Shown in pieces: positions 26,908-38,693 of a stretch of DNA of 64,000 bases. The position numbers and the translations under genes are program-made. Numbering within the stretch: position 1 is the first letter of the stretch; each line of letters opens with the position of its first letter. The notes under the pieces are model-generated. The model searched no databases and was not told where the DNA came from. It saw only the letters and a list, made by a program, of their open reading frames with translations. Location: positions 682,001 to 746,000 of the forward strand of contig CM121341.1 of assembly GCA_051530055.1 (NCBI GenBank), written 5' to 3'. The DNA comes from Neoechinorhynchus agilis (Eukaryota; Animalia; Acanthocephala).

Positions 26908-29900
26908 ACGGAAACTAATTATTGACAAATTCAATTCGAACATTGACATACGAAACGATTCTAAACATTTTATCGCAACACTCCAAATAACAAACAAAAG
27001 TTCATGTTTAGAGCCTTCCTTTTTGTATACGTAAAATATTCCTTCTTACAAAAAGGAAAAAAGAAAACGCGTTAATATCGCAATTAGATTGGACGAAAAC
27101 TAATTATTGACAAATACAATCCGAACGTTTACAAACGGACGATTCTAAACATTTTATCGCAACAATCAAAATAACAAACAAAAGTTCATGTTTAGAGCCT
27201 TCCTTTTTGTATACGTAAAATATTCCTTCTTACAAAAAGGAAAAAAGAAAACGCGTTAATATCGCAATTAGACTGGACGAAAACTAATTATTGACAAATA
27301 CAATCTGAACGTTTACAAACGGACGATTCTAAAGATGTTATCGCAACAATCAAAAAAGCAAAAGAATATCTTAAGAGCTTTCTTTTCTTGTACAGGCAAA
27401 ATATTCCTTCTTACAAAAAGGAAAAAAGAAAACGCGTTAATATCGCAATTAGACTGGACGAAAACTAATTATTGACAAATACAATCTGAACGTTCACAAA
27501 CGGTCATTTTAAGAGATGTTATCGCAACACTCAAACAACAAAAGTTCATGTTAAAGGCCTTATTTTCTTGTATACGAACAAAATCCCCCTTGGAAAAATG
27601 TGATAGCCTCTTAAGATCTAAATTAGACGACGAAAACTAATTATTGACAAATACAATCTGAAAGTTGGCAAACGGACAATTTCAAAGATGTTAGCGCAAC
27701 AATAAAGAAACAAACAAAAGAATATCTTAATAGCCTTCTTTTGTTGAGTAAGTAAAATATTCCTTCTTACAAAAATGTGATAGCCTCTTAAGATCGAAAT
27801 TAGACTGGACGAAACCTAATTATTGACAAATACAATTTGAACGTTCACAAACGGACGATTCTAAAGATGTTATCGCAACAATCAAAAAAACAAAAGAATA
27901 TCTTAAGAGCCTTCTTTTCTTGTATAGGCAAAATATTCCTTCTTACAAAAAGGAAAAAAGAAAACGCGTTAATATTGCAATTAGACTGGACGAAAACTAA
28001 TTATTGACAAATACAATCTGAACGTTTACAAACGGACGATTCTAAAGATGTTAGCGCAACAATAAAGAAACAAACAAAAGAATATCTTAATAGCCTTCTT
28101 TTGTTGAGTAAGTAAAATATTCCTTCTTACAAAAATGTGATAGCCTCTTAAGATCGAAATTAGACTGGACGAAACCTAATTATTGACAAATACAATTTGA
28201 ACGTTCACAAACGGACGATTCTAAAGATGTTATCGCAACAATCGAAAAAACAAAAGAATATCTCAAGAGCCTTCTTTTCTTGTATAGGCAAAATATTCCT
28301 TCTTACAAAAAGGAGAAAAGAAAACGCGTTAATATTGCAATTAGATTGGACGAAAACTAATTATTGACAAATACAATCTGAACGTTTACAAACGGACGAT
28401 TCTAAAGATGTTATCGCAACAATCGAAAAAACAAAAGAATATCTCAAGAGCCTTCTTTTCTTGTATAGGCAAAATATTCCTTCTTACAAAAAGGAGAAAA
28501 GAAAACGCGTTAATATTGCAATTAGATTGGACGAAAACTAATTATTGACAAATACAATCTGAACGTTTACAAACGGACGATTCTAAAGATGTTATCGCAA
28601 CAATCAAAAAAACAAAAGAATATCTCAAGAGCCTTCTTTTCTTGTATAGGCAAAATATTCCTTCTTACAAAAAGGAAAAAAGAAAACGCGTTAATATTGC
28701 AATTAGATTGGACGAAAACTAATTATTGACAAATACAATCTGAACGTTTACAAACGGACGATTCTAAAGATGTTATCGCAACAATCGAAAAAACAAAAGA
28801 ATATCTCAAGAGCCTTCTTTTCTTGTATAGGCAAAATATTCCTTCTTACAAAAAGGAGAAAAGAAAACGCGTTAATATTGCAATTAGATTGGACGAAAAC
28901 TAATTATTGACAAATACAATTTGAACGTTCACAAACGGACGATTCTAAAGATGTTATCGCAACAATCGAAAAAACAAAAGAATATCTCAAGAGCCTTCTT
29001 TTCTTGTATAGGCAAAATATTCCTTCTTACAAAAAGGAGAAAAGAAAACGCGTTGATATTGCAATAAGATTGGACGAAAACAACTTATTGACAAATACAA
29101 TCTGAACGTTTACAAACGGACGATTCTAAACATTTTATCGCAACAATCAAAAAAACAAAAGAATATCTCAAGAGCCTTCTTTTCTTGCATAGGCAAAATA
29201 TTCCTTACAAAAAAAAGAAAAGAAAACGCGTTAATATCGCAATTAGATTGGACGAAAACTAATTATTGACAAATTCAATTCGAACATTGACATACGAAAC
29301 GATTCTAAACATTTTATCCCAACACTCCAAATAACAAACAAAAGTTCATGTTTAGAGCCTTCCTTTTTGTATACGTAAAATATTCCTTCTTACAAAAAGG
29401 AAAAAAGAAAACGCGTTAATATCGCAATTAGATTGGACGAAAACTAATTATTGACAAATACAATCCGAACGTTTACAAACGGACGATTCTAAAGATGTTA
29501 TCGCAACAATCAAAAAAGCAAAAGAATATCTTAAGAGCCTTCTTTTCTTGTACAGGCAAAATATTCCTTCTTACAAAAAGGAGAAAAGAAAACGCGTTAA
29601 TATCGCAATTAGACTGGACGAAAACTAATTATTGACAAATACAATCTGAACGTTCACAAACGGTCATTTTAAGAGATGTTATCGCAACACTCAAACAACA
29701 AAAGTTCATGTTAAAGGCCTTATTTTCTTGTATACGAACAAAAAATCCCCCTTGGAAAAATGTGATAGCCTCTTAAGATCGAAATTAGACGACGAAAACT
29801 AATTATTGACAAATACAATCTGAAAGTTGGCAAACGGACAATTTCAAAGATGTTAGCGCAACAATAAAGAAACAAACAAAAGAATATTTTAATAGCCTTC

Positions 29901-30004
29901 TTTTGTTGAGTAAGTAAAATATTCCTTCTTACAAAAATGTGATAGCCTCTTAAGATCGAAATTAGACTGGACGAAACCTAATTATTGACAAATACAATTT
30001 GAAC
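26908..30004. repeat. ~181-bp satellite array, ~17 monomers of 172-185 bp, several variant types
   Basis: Anchor TTGACAAAT recurs at 26922, 27107, 27291, 27472, 27644, 27823, 28004, 28183, 28364, 28545, 28726, 28907, 29088, 29266, 29451, 29632, 29806, 29985. Confidence 0.97.
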
Positions 30005-31095
30005 TCTAGCGACGTTAAAAACACTATTCCAACATTGGTAAAAAATAATGTTTCAGCTTTTTTAAGTTTAACGATAACATTTCATAGACGCGTCGTTTCT
30101 GGAAAGATAAAAATAAGTTTGCAAGTCGATAAGATTTCTATTTGATTTTTTTAACTCCTTGATTAAAAGTTGCAAGAAGAAACCCTTATTGTATTTAATA
30201 TTTTCTCTAGAAGATTATGTTTTCTAAGAAGAAGCGATATAAGTAATTTTTCTTTAAAAAATTTATTAATAATGTCGAGACTGTTAAACTTACATTGTTT
30301 CTTTTTTGTTCATTGGTTGACAGTTTTTGGGTGTGCCGATAATGAGTTCCGGACTCAATGGTGGTCTGAGCGTCGGATTTGTGTCTACCTGGACGGTTGG
30401 CAGTAGTGGCCGTAGCCATTCTCGGTAAAGCCGTATTGATCATACCAAATTGGTTCTTCAGCGCACCGACCAAAAGGCTTTAGTCGAACCCGTGGCCGTA
30501 GAACCAATAGCCTTTTGATTCAAAAACCCAAAAACTACGTTCGAAGCTGCTTATTGGCAGCTCATGGCACCTAAACGGACCGTAGTTACTGGGAAAAAAG
30601 AGGCCCGGAATTCGGCGCGCGCGTTGTCGCTACACGACGCACGCTTTCTGGGGTGCGTTTTTCGTTCGCTAAAGTAAGCGCACACGCGCATACGAACGAG
30701 CTATACGCGTGCAGCAGCAGCAGCAGCAGCGGTGACAGGCGTGCACGTACGGTCGCTGCGGGAAGACGAGATAAAGGGACTGGATACGTAGACTCCAGGA
30801 AACGACGTATGCGATCGATGTCGAAGGATCTTAGTGCTCAATCTCTATTTGGATGATAAGTGTGAAGGAGACTTTTCGGGGAAAAATCATTGGCGGTTTA
30901 CGGTATATTAACTTTATTCAAAAAGGTCGCTCTTGAACATTGTCAAAATTGAGGTCTTTTTAGAGACTAAAAACTTACTAGCAATGATGAATCCTCTTTC
31001 GAAATGCTGTATAAATCGAATTTGAATTTTAGTGAACATAATCCCGGGCATTATTTAAAATATTTCGAACGAAGTAACGTCGTCTGATCAGTCAT

Positions 31096-31453
31096 TTTAA
31101 AAGTTGTTAATTTTTGTGTGTGTTTTAAGGTTCGAGTGCACGGGATCACCATTTCCGAAGTTCGGGGACCGTGTATCCGCTCGAACCTCATGCGCTGGGT
31201 TACGTTTTTCGTTGATTTTTAACACGTCGCTGGCCGGTAGTTTTTAGTGAAAGTTTTGTTTCCTTCCAGTAGTGTTAGACGCAGCGATATGTAAGGCTTC
31301 CAAAAAGGCGTCTTTTTAAGTTTTGCCTCAAGAAAAATCAGCGCGGCGATGTTGAAAAGTCTCTTTTGTGTTGGATGACCGTCCCCGAACTTCGGGAATG
31401 GCGATCCCGTGCACTCGAACCTTAAAACACACAAAATTTAACGACTTTTTAAA
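31096..31453. mobile_element. MITE/foldback element, ~360 bp, with ~75-bp terminal inverted repeats
   Basis: Left arm ...tgtgtgttttaaggttcgagtgcacgggatcaccatttccgaagttcggggac is the near-perfect reverse complement of gtccccgaacttcgggaatggcgatcccgtgcactcgaaccttaaaacacac; no ORF inside. Confidence 0.85.
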
Positions 31454-31665
31454 GTTCGCTAAAATTCTAATTTGATTATCCTGAAGGAATTTCTCTATTC
31501 GTGATTAGTAAATGATATGGTGATAACTGCCTAAGAGTTATCTTTCAACTTATGAAAACTGAGATTAAGAGGATGAATGTAAGGAATGGCATCAAATTCC
31601 TTACAAAGTGTAGAGATGAAGGACTAATTCCTAAGTGTGCAGAATGAGATCCGGTATCATCATCG

Positions 31666-31720
31666 TGTGTCATCGGTTACGTCCACCGTTTACCCGCGCT
31701 TAAATTAATTTCTTCACTTC

Positions 31721-31752
<32 letters not shown>

Positions 31753-32760
31753 CGTCAACACCGATTACAGCTATCGCAATGCTTTGTTTTAATTAAACAG
31801 TTGGATTCCCCTTGTCCATACCAGTTCTAGGCCAGCTGTTTAACGCTGATCGGATCCCCGCGCAAGAAGCGAGCGTACCCGTTTGGATACGTCGAACAAA
31901 CGCGGAGCATTGCTATCGCTGCCCACAGTACGCAGCACCAAGTTCCGTCCTCGAAATCGACTCTTTCGCAAGAGCAAATAACTGAGACAGATCCAAGAGT
32001 CGACAACATACCGCTTCTCGCGACAGCCCGGCCAGCTCAGCTTGTAGAGCCAATCCTTTTTCCGAAGTTACGGATCTAATTTGCCGACTTCCCTTGCCTA
32101 CGTTTCCCTATCGACTAGAGGCTACTCACCTTGGAGACCTGCTGCGGGAATCAGTGCGAACGGTTTGAATATTCTCGCACCCAGATTTTCAAGGACAGGT
32201 ACATCGCAGGAATCGCGCTGCTCCTAACAAAGAAGAGAAAACTCTTCCCCAGACTTCGTATAGTTATTCTCTGGGATTGCTCGTGTCACCACTTAGGCTG
32301 AACATCATCTGCCCAAGAAGAACATCTGAATAGCATAAAACCGCATCCTGGCTCGGGGATATTAACCCGATTCCCTTTCGATTGTATTACGCAATGCAAC
32401 ACGCTTAATGATGAATTTGCACGTTTTCTTAGGATCGTCTGATCCATGCATCCTAGCTCAACGTTTGGGTCATCCCACATCGCCAATTCTGCTTACCGAA
32501 AATGGCACACATGGTGCCATTGCATTTACACCCGACACTCAGCAGCAGCAGCATAAGCAACTGTTAAGAAGTGACCGAGCTTATTACCCATTTAAAGTTT
32601 GAGAATAGGTCGAGGACAATTCGTCCCCAATGCCTCTAATCATTCGTTTTACCAGATAAAACTGTCTTATGCAACACCAGCTTTCCCGAGGGAAACTTCG
32701 AAGGGACCAGCTACTAGATGGTTCGATTAGTCCTTTGCCCCTATACAAAAATCTGACGAT
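31666..32760 (-). pseudogene. 28S: 28S rRNA gene fragment (internal portion) with two internal deletions
   Basis: Plus strand reads as 28S antisense (ttcagagcactgggcagaaatcac; ccgaagttacggatc; cccatttaaagtttgagaatagg; accagctactagatggttcgattag). Conserved core segments are missing at junctions near 32205 and 32448. Confidence 0.92.
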
Positions 32761-33240
32761 TGACGGCACCAAGTGCTTCGAAATCGTCCCTTGAATCTCA
32801 AATCACCCTCCCAACCAACTTCTTCCTTTCCCTACCAACCGTGTCTCCTCCGTTCGTATACTTTTTCTTCATTTTCAAAAAAATTAAAATGTGACAAGCA
32901 ACTATCAATTTCGTTGCATTAAGGGTCTATTAAACTCTATTTTCTTTAGCGCCGCCGATTCCTTGGAACGTCATTCAAAGATGTCTGCCATCCTACCTAC
33001 GTGCATATACAACCTTCTTCAATTTTTATTCTAAACTATTCCAAAAAACTTAACACCGTTTCACAAGAGGTGCGCTCTAATCTGCTCGTCCGAACTCCTT
33101 TCAAAAGCACTCAACTCGCCTTCATTCTCTTCCGCCTCTTCAATTTCTACCACACATTTCTCCTATTACTGACACTTACAACACTCGTCGCCCCTCTACC
33201 TCCACTCTTTCTTCGCAATCGCTCAATCCTACAAATGAGA
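32761..33240 (+). mobile_element. Decayed 3' end of a LINE RT (L2/Crack/CR1-group-like)
   Basis: Degenerate DGTKCFEI...RVSSVRIL...KLKCDKQ...KLYFL*RRR...HKRCALI...TYNTR...SFF matches the post-RT C-terminal pattern (K..E, V...K.LG, L.W..H, RLYFL, Y.TR, SFF). Confidence 0.6.
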
Positions 33241-35115
33241 ATTGATTCGGAGGAAAGAACGGAAACCAACAACCAAATAACAACTAAAACGTGTTTATAT
33301 ATAATTTGATCTTATTTGGGATCCATGAAATGAGGAACCGCATTGATAGGCTTAAAATTATATCAACGTCGCTTTGGGAATTTGTGATACGTACCCCAGG
33401 AGGTAAAGACATCATAGGAGTCAATGTGTACGTCAATTTACGAATCGCAATGGCTGAACACCATATAATTAAGATTCACTTATGGAAACTTGAGTAATTA
33501 CGACCGAAAACATTGGAACAGCACGATTAGGTCCTGGGTAGATCTATGTACACCGTCTCCTTAAGATGACTGAATTTGCTGAATAAGGGACCTGACTATA
33601 TTATGAAGAACAAGATTAGATCTAATAAAAATCAGATATGATACAAAAGTAGTAGCATATGACAGGAAAGATCGGAGCCAGAACGTTCGCAAATATAATG
33701 ACGAGATATCAGTTGCGAAGTTCCTTAAGGAAGGGTTCTCAATAATGATTTACATATCCGACAAAGGACAGGTTTTAGTACCTGTGGACATGGAATGTTA
33801 TCACAACGGGGCTTTAGACCTTCTTAATTCTGAGAAATTTGCGAGGCTGGCTAAAGATTCCACGCGAAGCAGAGAAACTAAATTAAACAGTTTTCTTGCG
33901 AACTTGTTGAACTGGTCCCTTCGCAATCCACAATTTTACAACATGACGCGATCATCATCGGCTAAGAGCGCGTTTCTTTATCTCCTCCCGAAAATTCACA
34001 AACCCATCCTTCAATACCGTCCAATTATAGCCAGTTGTATGTGTTTTAAACTCACCGTTTATCAAAAAGGATCAATGTTTTATTAAATTTGATTTTAACA
34101 ACTTCCGCCTCGCACATCAAGGATGATGGGCTAACGTTTTCGATTGAGATTAGGTAAATAAACGTTGAACGCTACAGAATGTTTATGGGCAATGTGTGCG
34201 CTCTTTTCACCAATGTACAGGTGGCTAAAACGATTGAACTGTCGGCCAACTTACCCACTAAGCATTGTAGTGAACCGCGACTCGGCCTTGGCACATAGCG
34301 TTCCCTTATCCAATGGTGAAGTAGAATGACTGCCTTTGAATTTGAAGGTTCTTTCTACAATATAAGAGATGGTGTAGCCATGGACTCGCCACTAAGACCT
34401 TGGCTGACATCTACATGCGAGCGCGGGAGTCGACTTTCTTGGAACTTCATTGTGATGTAATTAAGTGGTGGCGGTATGTGTACGTTGTATTTATTCTGAC
34501 TGATTTAAACAACAACAGAGATTCTCTAAATGGTGAACTTAACAGTCGAGGTCCACACATACAGTGGTCAGTCAATGAAGAGAACATCAACGGTGAGGTC
34601 TCTTTCCTGGACGTCCTGGTCAAGTGTTCTGCACAACGGCAGTTTGAAAAGGTGGGTATGGCCCACGAAATATTACAAAATAAAACTGATTATCGGGGTG
34701 TGAATCGCCACAAGAGGATTAAATCGTAATGTTCGTTCTAAATGAATCCAACGACGGATAATTTTTTTGGGGGTTTGGAAAAACGTGTTAAGAAGCACGG
34801 TTTTATGTTCGATCTCTTTTAAAAGCACAAGTCAAAATGTGATCGGCCTCCAAAAATTCGTCTCTGAAAATTCACTTGGTTCTTGAAGTATCGATGAAAT
34901 GGTGTACTTTAAACCGAACGATAAATGGAATTTTAAAAACTTTCAAATCACAAGCAGTGAATTAAAGTGGACGTAATGAAATGTTTTTAGAGAAAAAGAG
35001 AGAATCATTTTTGAGGAGGTTTAGGCTGAATTTCACTAGTTTACAACTAACGAGACACCACATCAGTCCTCCGGATTTGCTGCATCCGCTGCCGTTTTCA
35101 TAACAATGAACACGA

Positions 35116-35892
35116 CTAATCCAAGGAGAATGTATTTCCACTAAAGTGGTACTGAAATAATGTTTTTAAAATGCCACTTACATAGGCAACGAAGAACGGA
35201 GTTCGTTTCTGGGTCGTAATTTGATCGCCCTTAAGATTCGAAATTTGTTCACTGGTCAATTTACGAATGCTAGGGCTTTTAGTTTTAAAAGCACAAAGAG
35301 ATAATTGATCGAATGCAAAAGACTTACGGTTGGATGTTGTGGAATCGATTTAAGGACACACGCAACTGCAAATCATCATGGTATTCATTGTGCTCACCAT
35401 TAGATGTGCTCTTCAATGTCACGGAAAGGACCCGTGAAGTCTCCGGATCTATTGATAACTTAGCCAATAAACTTGTGTGATAATTGTCGTTTTTAGGCGC
35501 CTCAACACTTCCAAATACTACATCTTTCTCATGGCCTCGATTGTAAGCGTAAATAAACAGTCGCGTATTTTGATCGGATGCCTATTTCTAATCAATAAGC
35601 AAACGTATTCGATATTTTGCGTGAAATCGTACCATCCATTCATCTAACGGCTTGATATGAAACGTCTCATATGAATTTTGCGAATCCTCAAAGACTAATG
35701 AAAATCTGTCCAGTTGTCCAATGATGGCTTGTTGACCTTTTTCGTAAAAAAAAGAGAACCGATTCGTACACTCGGCTTTTGATACCAACCTTCATGACCT
35801 ATTGAATAGTTGAGGACTATTGGATTGAAGGCGTTTATCGTCTCATGAGTGAGAAGTATCGCAGTCATAAATATAATGGCGTACGGTGACAT
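35116..35892 (-). CDS. Five-exon gene for an uncharacterised, probably secreted ~200-aa protein
   Basis: Signal-like MSPYAIIFMTAILLTHETINA. Four short GT-AG introns join in frame: ...YQKPS/QQAIIGQLDRF...DEWM/ASDQNTRLFIYAYNRG...FHNIQP/PSIRKL...FFVAY/YHFSGNTFSLD*. Confidence 0.6.
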
Positions 35893-36239
35893 ATCTAAAT
35901 TAAAACTTGATTATTTTTTCCATCCATCACTCCACAGAATGACGTCAACGGAAAAAATTAAACCCGTTCGTTACGAAAAAAACAGCGAATAACCAAAATA
36001 GAATAGCAGAACGGTGCAAATGACACAGAAACGCGATCTTTAATTTTATTCGATTATTTTCCACGACATAAAAAGAATTTTTCTACGAAAGAAAGTACTT
36101 TTGTCATCGCGCATAAACAATCAAGTTAAATGATTCATTGTTGTTGTTTTCTTTTCAGGTACATAGCCAACCGAAATCTTGGATCAGAGAAGTGATTGAA
36201 TCACTTAAACCCATAAGTTTTGTACATCTCTTCAGGTCC

Positions 36240-36330
36240 TCAGAGCTTCCACCCCAAGGAGGCGAGACTCATCGGTGAGTTTTTTCTCCTCTTTCGACGA
36301 GGTGTTTCGTCCCCTTTGGTCATGGGGCAT
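36240..36330. repeat. Structured ~85-bp core shared with the interior of the 44445-44651 element
   Basis: ctcag...ggaggc.g.actcatc(g/a)gtgagttt..ctc...gt.ttt.gtcccct occurs at ~36240-36312 and ~44515-44586. Confidence 0.6.
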
Positions 36331-36827
36331 CGCTGCTGGCCCTCAAAGAGAGACTCGGGGTTCAAACCCATTTGATCATTTCGGCACAATCGTGGAATCT
36401 ACAAACTCAGCCAGTTTTATACCTCGGGGTCATTGTTGAATGTCTTCTGGCAAGTCGGTTATATTAATTAAGTTTTGTGAGCATTCCTTCCTCGGCTTTT
36501 TATGCATACAACCAAAGCGATCTAAGCAATTTTCATGGTCGAAATATTTATTGACTTCTTACTGCCATTTTTATGAATGTTAAATACAGTCGAATCCGGC
36601 GGTTAATAGGATCAAAACGATCGCGTCCCGATGTGGTCCTATTAAGCTCATAATCGACTGTATATCTATAAATTGAAAAAGCCGAACTTTTTTAAAAAAG
36701 ATCGAATTTGAAGGGCAAAATCTTCTTGAGAACGTTTCGTCGTCAACGTATTAAATTTAATACTTATTTTTAATAATTCGTCAAAGTATTTTCTTATTTA
36801 TCTCACGCGCCTAATAACGAGTACACC

Positions 36828-37301
36828 TTATAAGCCAATATCAAGTTCGCTGGGTAACCAATCTTCATAAGATCCATCGGGCATGTACCTTCGGACAATC
36901 ATAGGCAATTTTCTTTCTTTAAGTTCTCTTTTAGCAATTTCGAGCGGACTCGTTTCACCGTCCAAATCAATCATAATAGGACAACTCATCGAAATCTGTA
37001 ATGCCCTTGCACCGAGTAATCGCGCCCGTTCGTATTTTGTTAACCGTGCCATCGTTGTCCGCTGATCTTTAGGAATCTTGCGAGTTTTAAACTGCTCACG
37101 CAATTCGTCCAAGCAAACTTTCCGCTGTTTCGCAGGAACTACTTCAAAGTCGTCTTTTGGTTTTCGGTGATCCTCATTGGTTTGCGGCTCATCTTGATCG
37201 GATTCATGATCTTCGTCCATGTCATTCATTTCGATGTCGTCCATTTCGTCAAAATCCACATCGTTGTAATCATCATATGCGTTATCTTCGTTGTCTGACA
37301 T
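36828..37301 (-). CDS. POLR2F: RNA polymerase I/II/III shared subunit RPB6
   Basis: Acidic N-terminus; [22 protein letters not shown]...[34 protein letters not shown]. Confidence 0.97.
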   Translation of the reverse strand: MSDNEDNAYDDYNDVDFDEMDDIEMNDMDEDHESDQDEPQTNEDHRKPKDDFEVVPAKQRKVCLDELREQFKTRKIPKDQRTTMARLTKYERARLLGARALQISMSCPIMIDLDGETSPLEIAKRELKERKLPMIVRRYMPDGSYEDWLPSELDIGL

Positions 37302-37643
37302 ATCTGAAATTTTTTTTAAATTAGATAAATCCCAAGAAATCGCGCTATTAGAAAAACCAGCCTCTTATGAACCAAGCTAATAAACGTCTTTTGTTTATCG
37401 TTGCATGTGGGTTCTTTCCCAATAACAATTAGCTTTTTTGAAAGCAGTTTGCGACAAAACAAAGATATTTTAAGAACAAAAATGCCCTCAAATATTTGTG
37501 CCAATTAGTTGCAATATTTACTCTATTTTTGAACATTTACATTCAAATCGTCCTCTATTAGTCCGAGTTTTTTCACTCATCCACATTCCGCTTGAATTAT
37601 AATAATAACACGTTTTATTTGTTATTGTTGATGCACGACGAAA

Positions 37644-37790
37644 AGGACCCACGTACCTTTGGTCCTCATAAACACTTGGGAAAGAAAAATTGATGTCTTT
37701 GGGATTGGAATTCGGGTCAGGTTGGATGGGGATATATAGTCTGGTTGGAAGGTCTGGTATGGGTGGGAATTATCAGTTATTGATTCCAGA
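37644..37790 (+). repeat. Dispersed repeat, second copy at ~52480-52630
   Basis: aggac.ca.gtacctttgg(g)tcctcataa at 37644 and 52480, each followed by ggatggg.atat and gggtggga.tatc sub-motifs. Confidence 0.55.
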
Positions 37791-37934
37791 AGAGTTTGTA
37801 AGGTTGGATGGGTGGAGATGTGAAGTATGTTAAACGAGCGACACTGAAGCTGAATGTTCGTCCAACTTTGTTGAGCAGTCCGGTATGGATGACGGATCCG
37901 GAGTGGATGACGGATATTCGAAACATAAATTTAG

Positions 37935-38370
37935 CAGTCAATCGCATAATTAAGGAAGCCCTCTTCGAACCAGTCGGACTCTCCCGGAACGACGGTAAAC
38001 GCCCTGATGGAGCGACTCTCCTCTCATGGTGTTCCGGGAAAATACTGGTTTGGGATTTTACTTCCCAACACGCTCGCAGCGTCCCACTTACGGGATGCCA
38101 CTTCAAAGGCGAGAGCAGTCGCCAGCTTCAGCGAGGAAAAGAAGCGGCAGAAGTACTCCTCGCTCCATGGGCATCAATATATGTTCATCCCGATTGCGGT
38201 GGAAACACTGGGATGCCTCCGAAAAGAAGCCGATTATTTCCTCTCCCGACTGGGAAAGATGCCAAAACATGCCACCGGCGATATGCGATCCAGCAGCTTC
38301 CTGTTGCAGCGAATCAGCGCGGCGATCCAATGCGGCAATGCCGTGGCCATCAAGGAAGCTGCCGAACAAT
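37935..38370 (+). mobile_element. 3' fragment of a CRE-type (restriction-like endonuclease) non-LTR retrotransposon, frameshifted
   Basis: NRIIKEAL.EPVGLSRNDGKRPDG.TL..W..G..LVWDFT, then NTLAASH...EEKKRQKY..L...FIPIAVETLG...LLQRISAAIQCGNA. Confidence 0.85.
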
Positions 38371-38693
38371 CATGACTGCAGTTGCAGAATTGGACGAAAA
38401 GGAATGTAATAATACATTTTATTATTTCTGTGGTTAAGAAATAAAACTATAAGCGTATCGCCAACAAAAAAAGGATTTTTCGAAACCTTTCCAACTTGTT
38501 TGCCGAACCCGATAGGAATTTTTCAACATCTAATACGTCAAAGGTTTAGTCTTTCTTATGGTAGATGAGAAAGAAGCTATAAATTTTACGTCATTGACTG
38601 TATTCTTGAGCTTGTTTCTTTAATTAGAAAACAAAACGAGAGGGACGCACTGATCTGTTTGAGGAGGCTATGCGCGCGCTTATAATTATGAGT

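Larger units (their letters stand above)
31516..34730 (+). mobile_element. Decayed Penelope-like retroelement, split by a ~1.65-kb insertion
   Basis: N-terminal motif YGDNCLRV...IKFLTKCRDEGLIPK (31516-31640). RT motifs from ~33750: SDKGQVLV..D, YLLPKIHKP...RPIIAS, ALFTNV, GVAMDSPL..LADIYM, WRYVY, EVSFLDVLV; multiple stops and frameshifts. Confidence 0.85.

Noticed and set aside
26908-30004. CRISPR array or coding repeat
   Set aside because: Whole monomers are repeated with no unique spacers, 181 is not a multiple of 3, and the context is eukaryotic.
31666-32760. Functional rDNA unit
   Set aside because: Only an internal 28S piece with core deletions; no 18S, 5.8S or ITS; flanked by retroelement debris. 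ORF-track ORFs over it are spurious.
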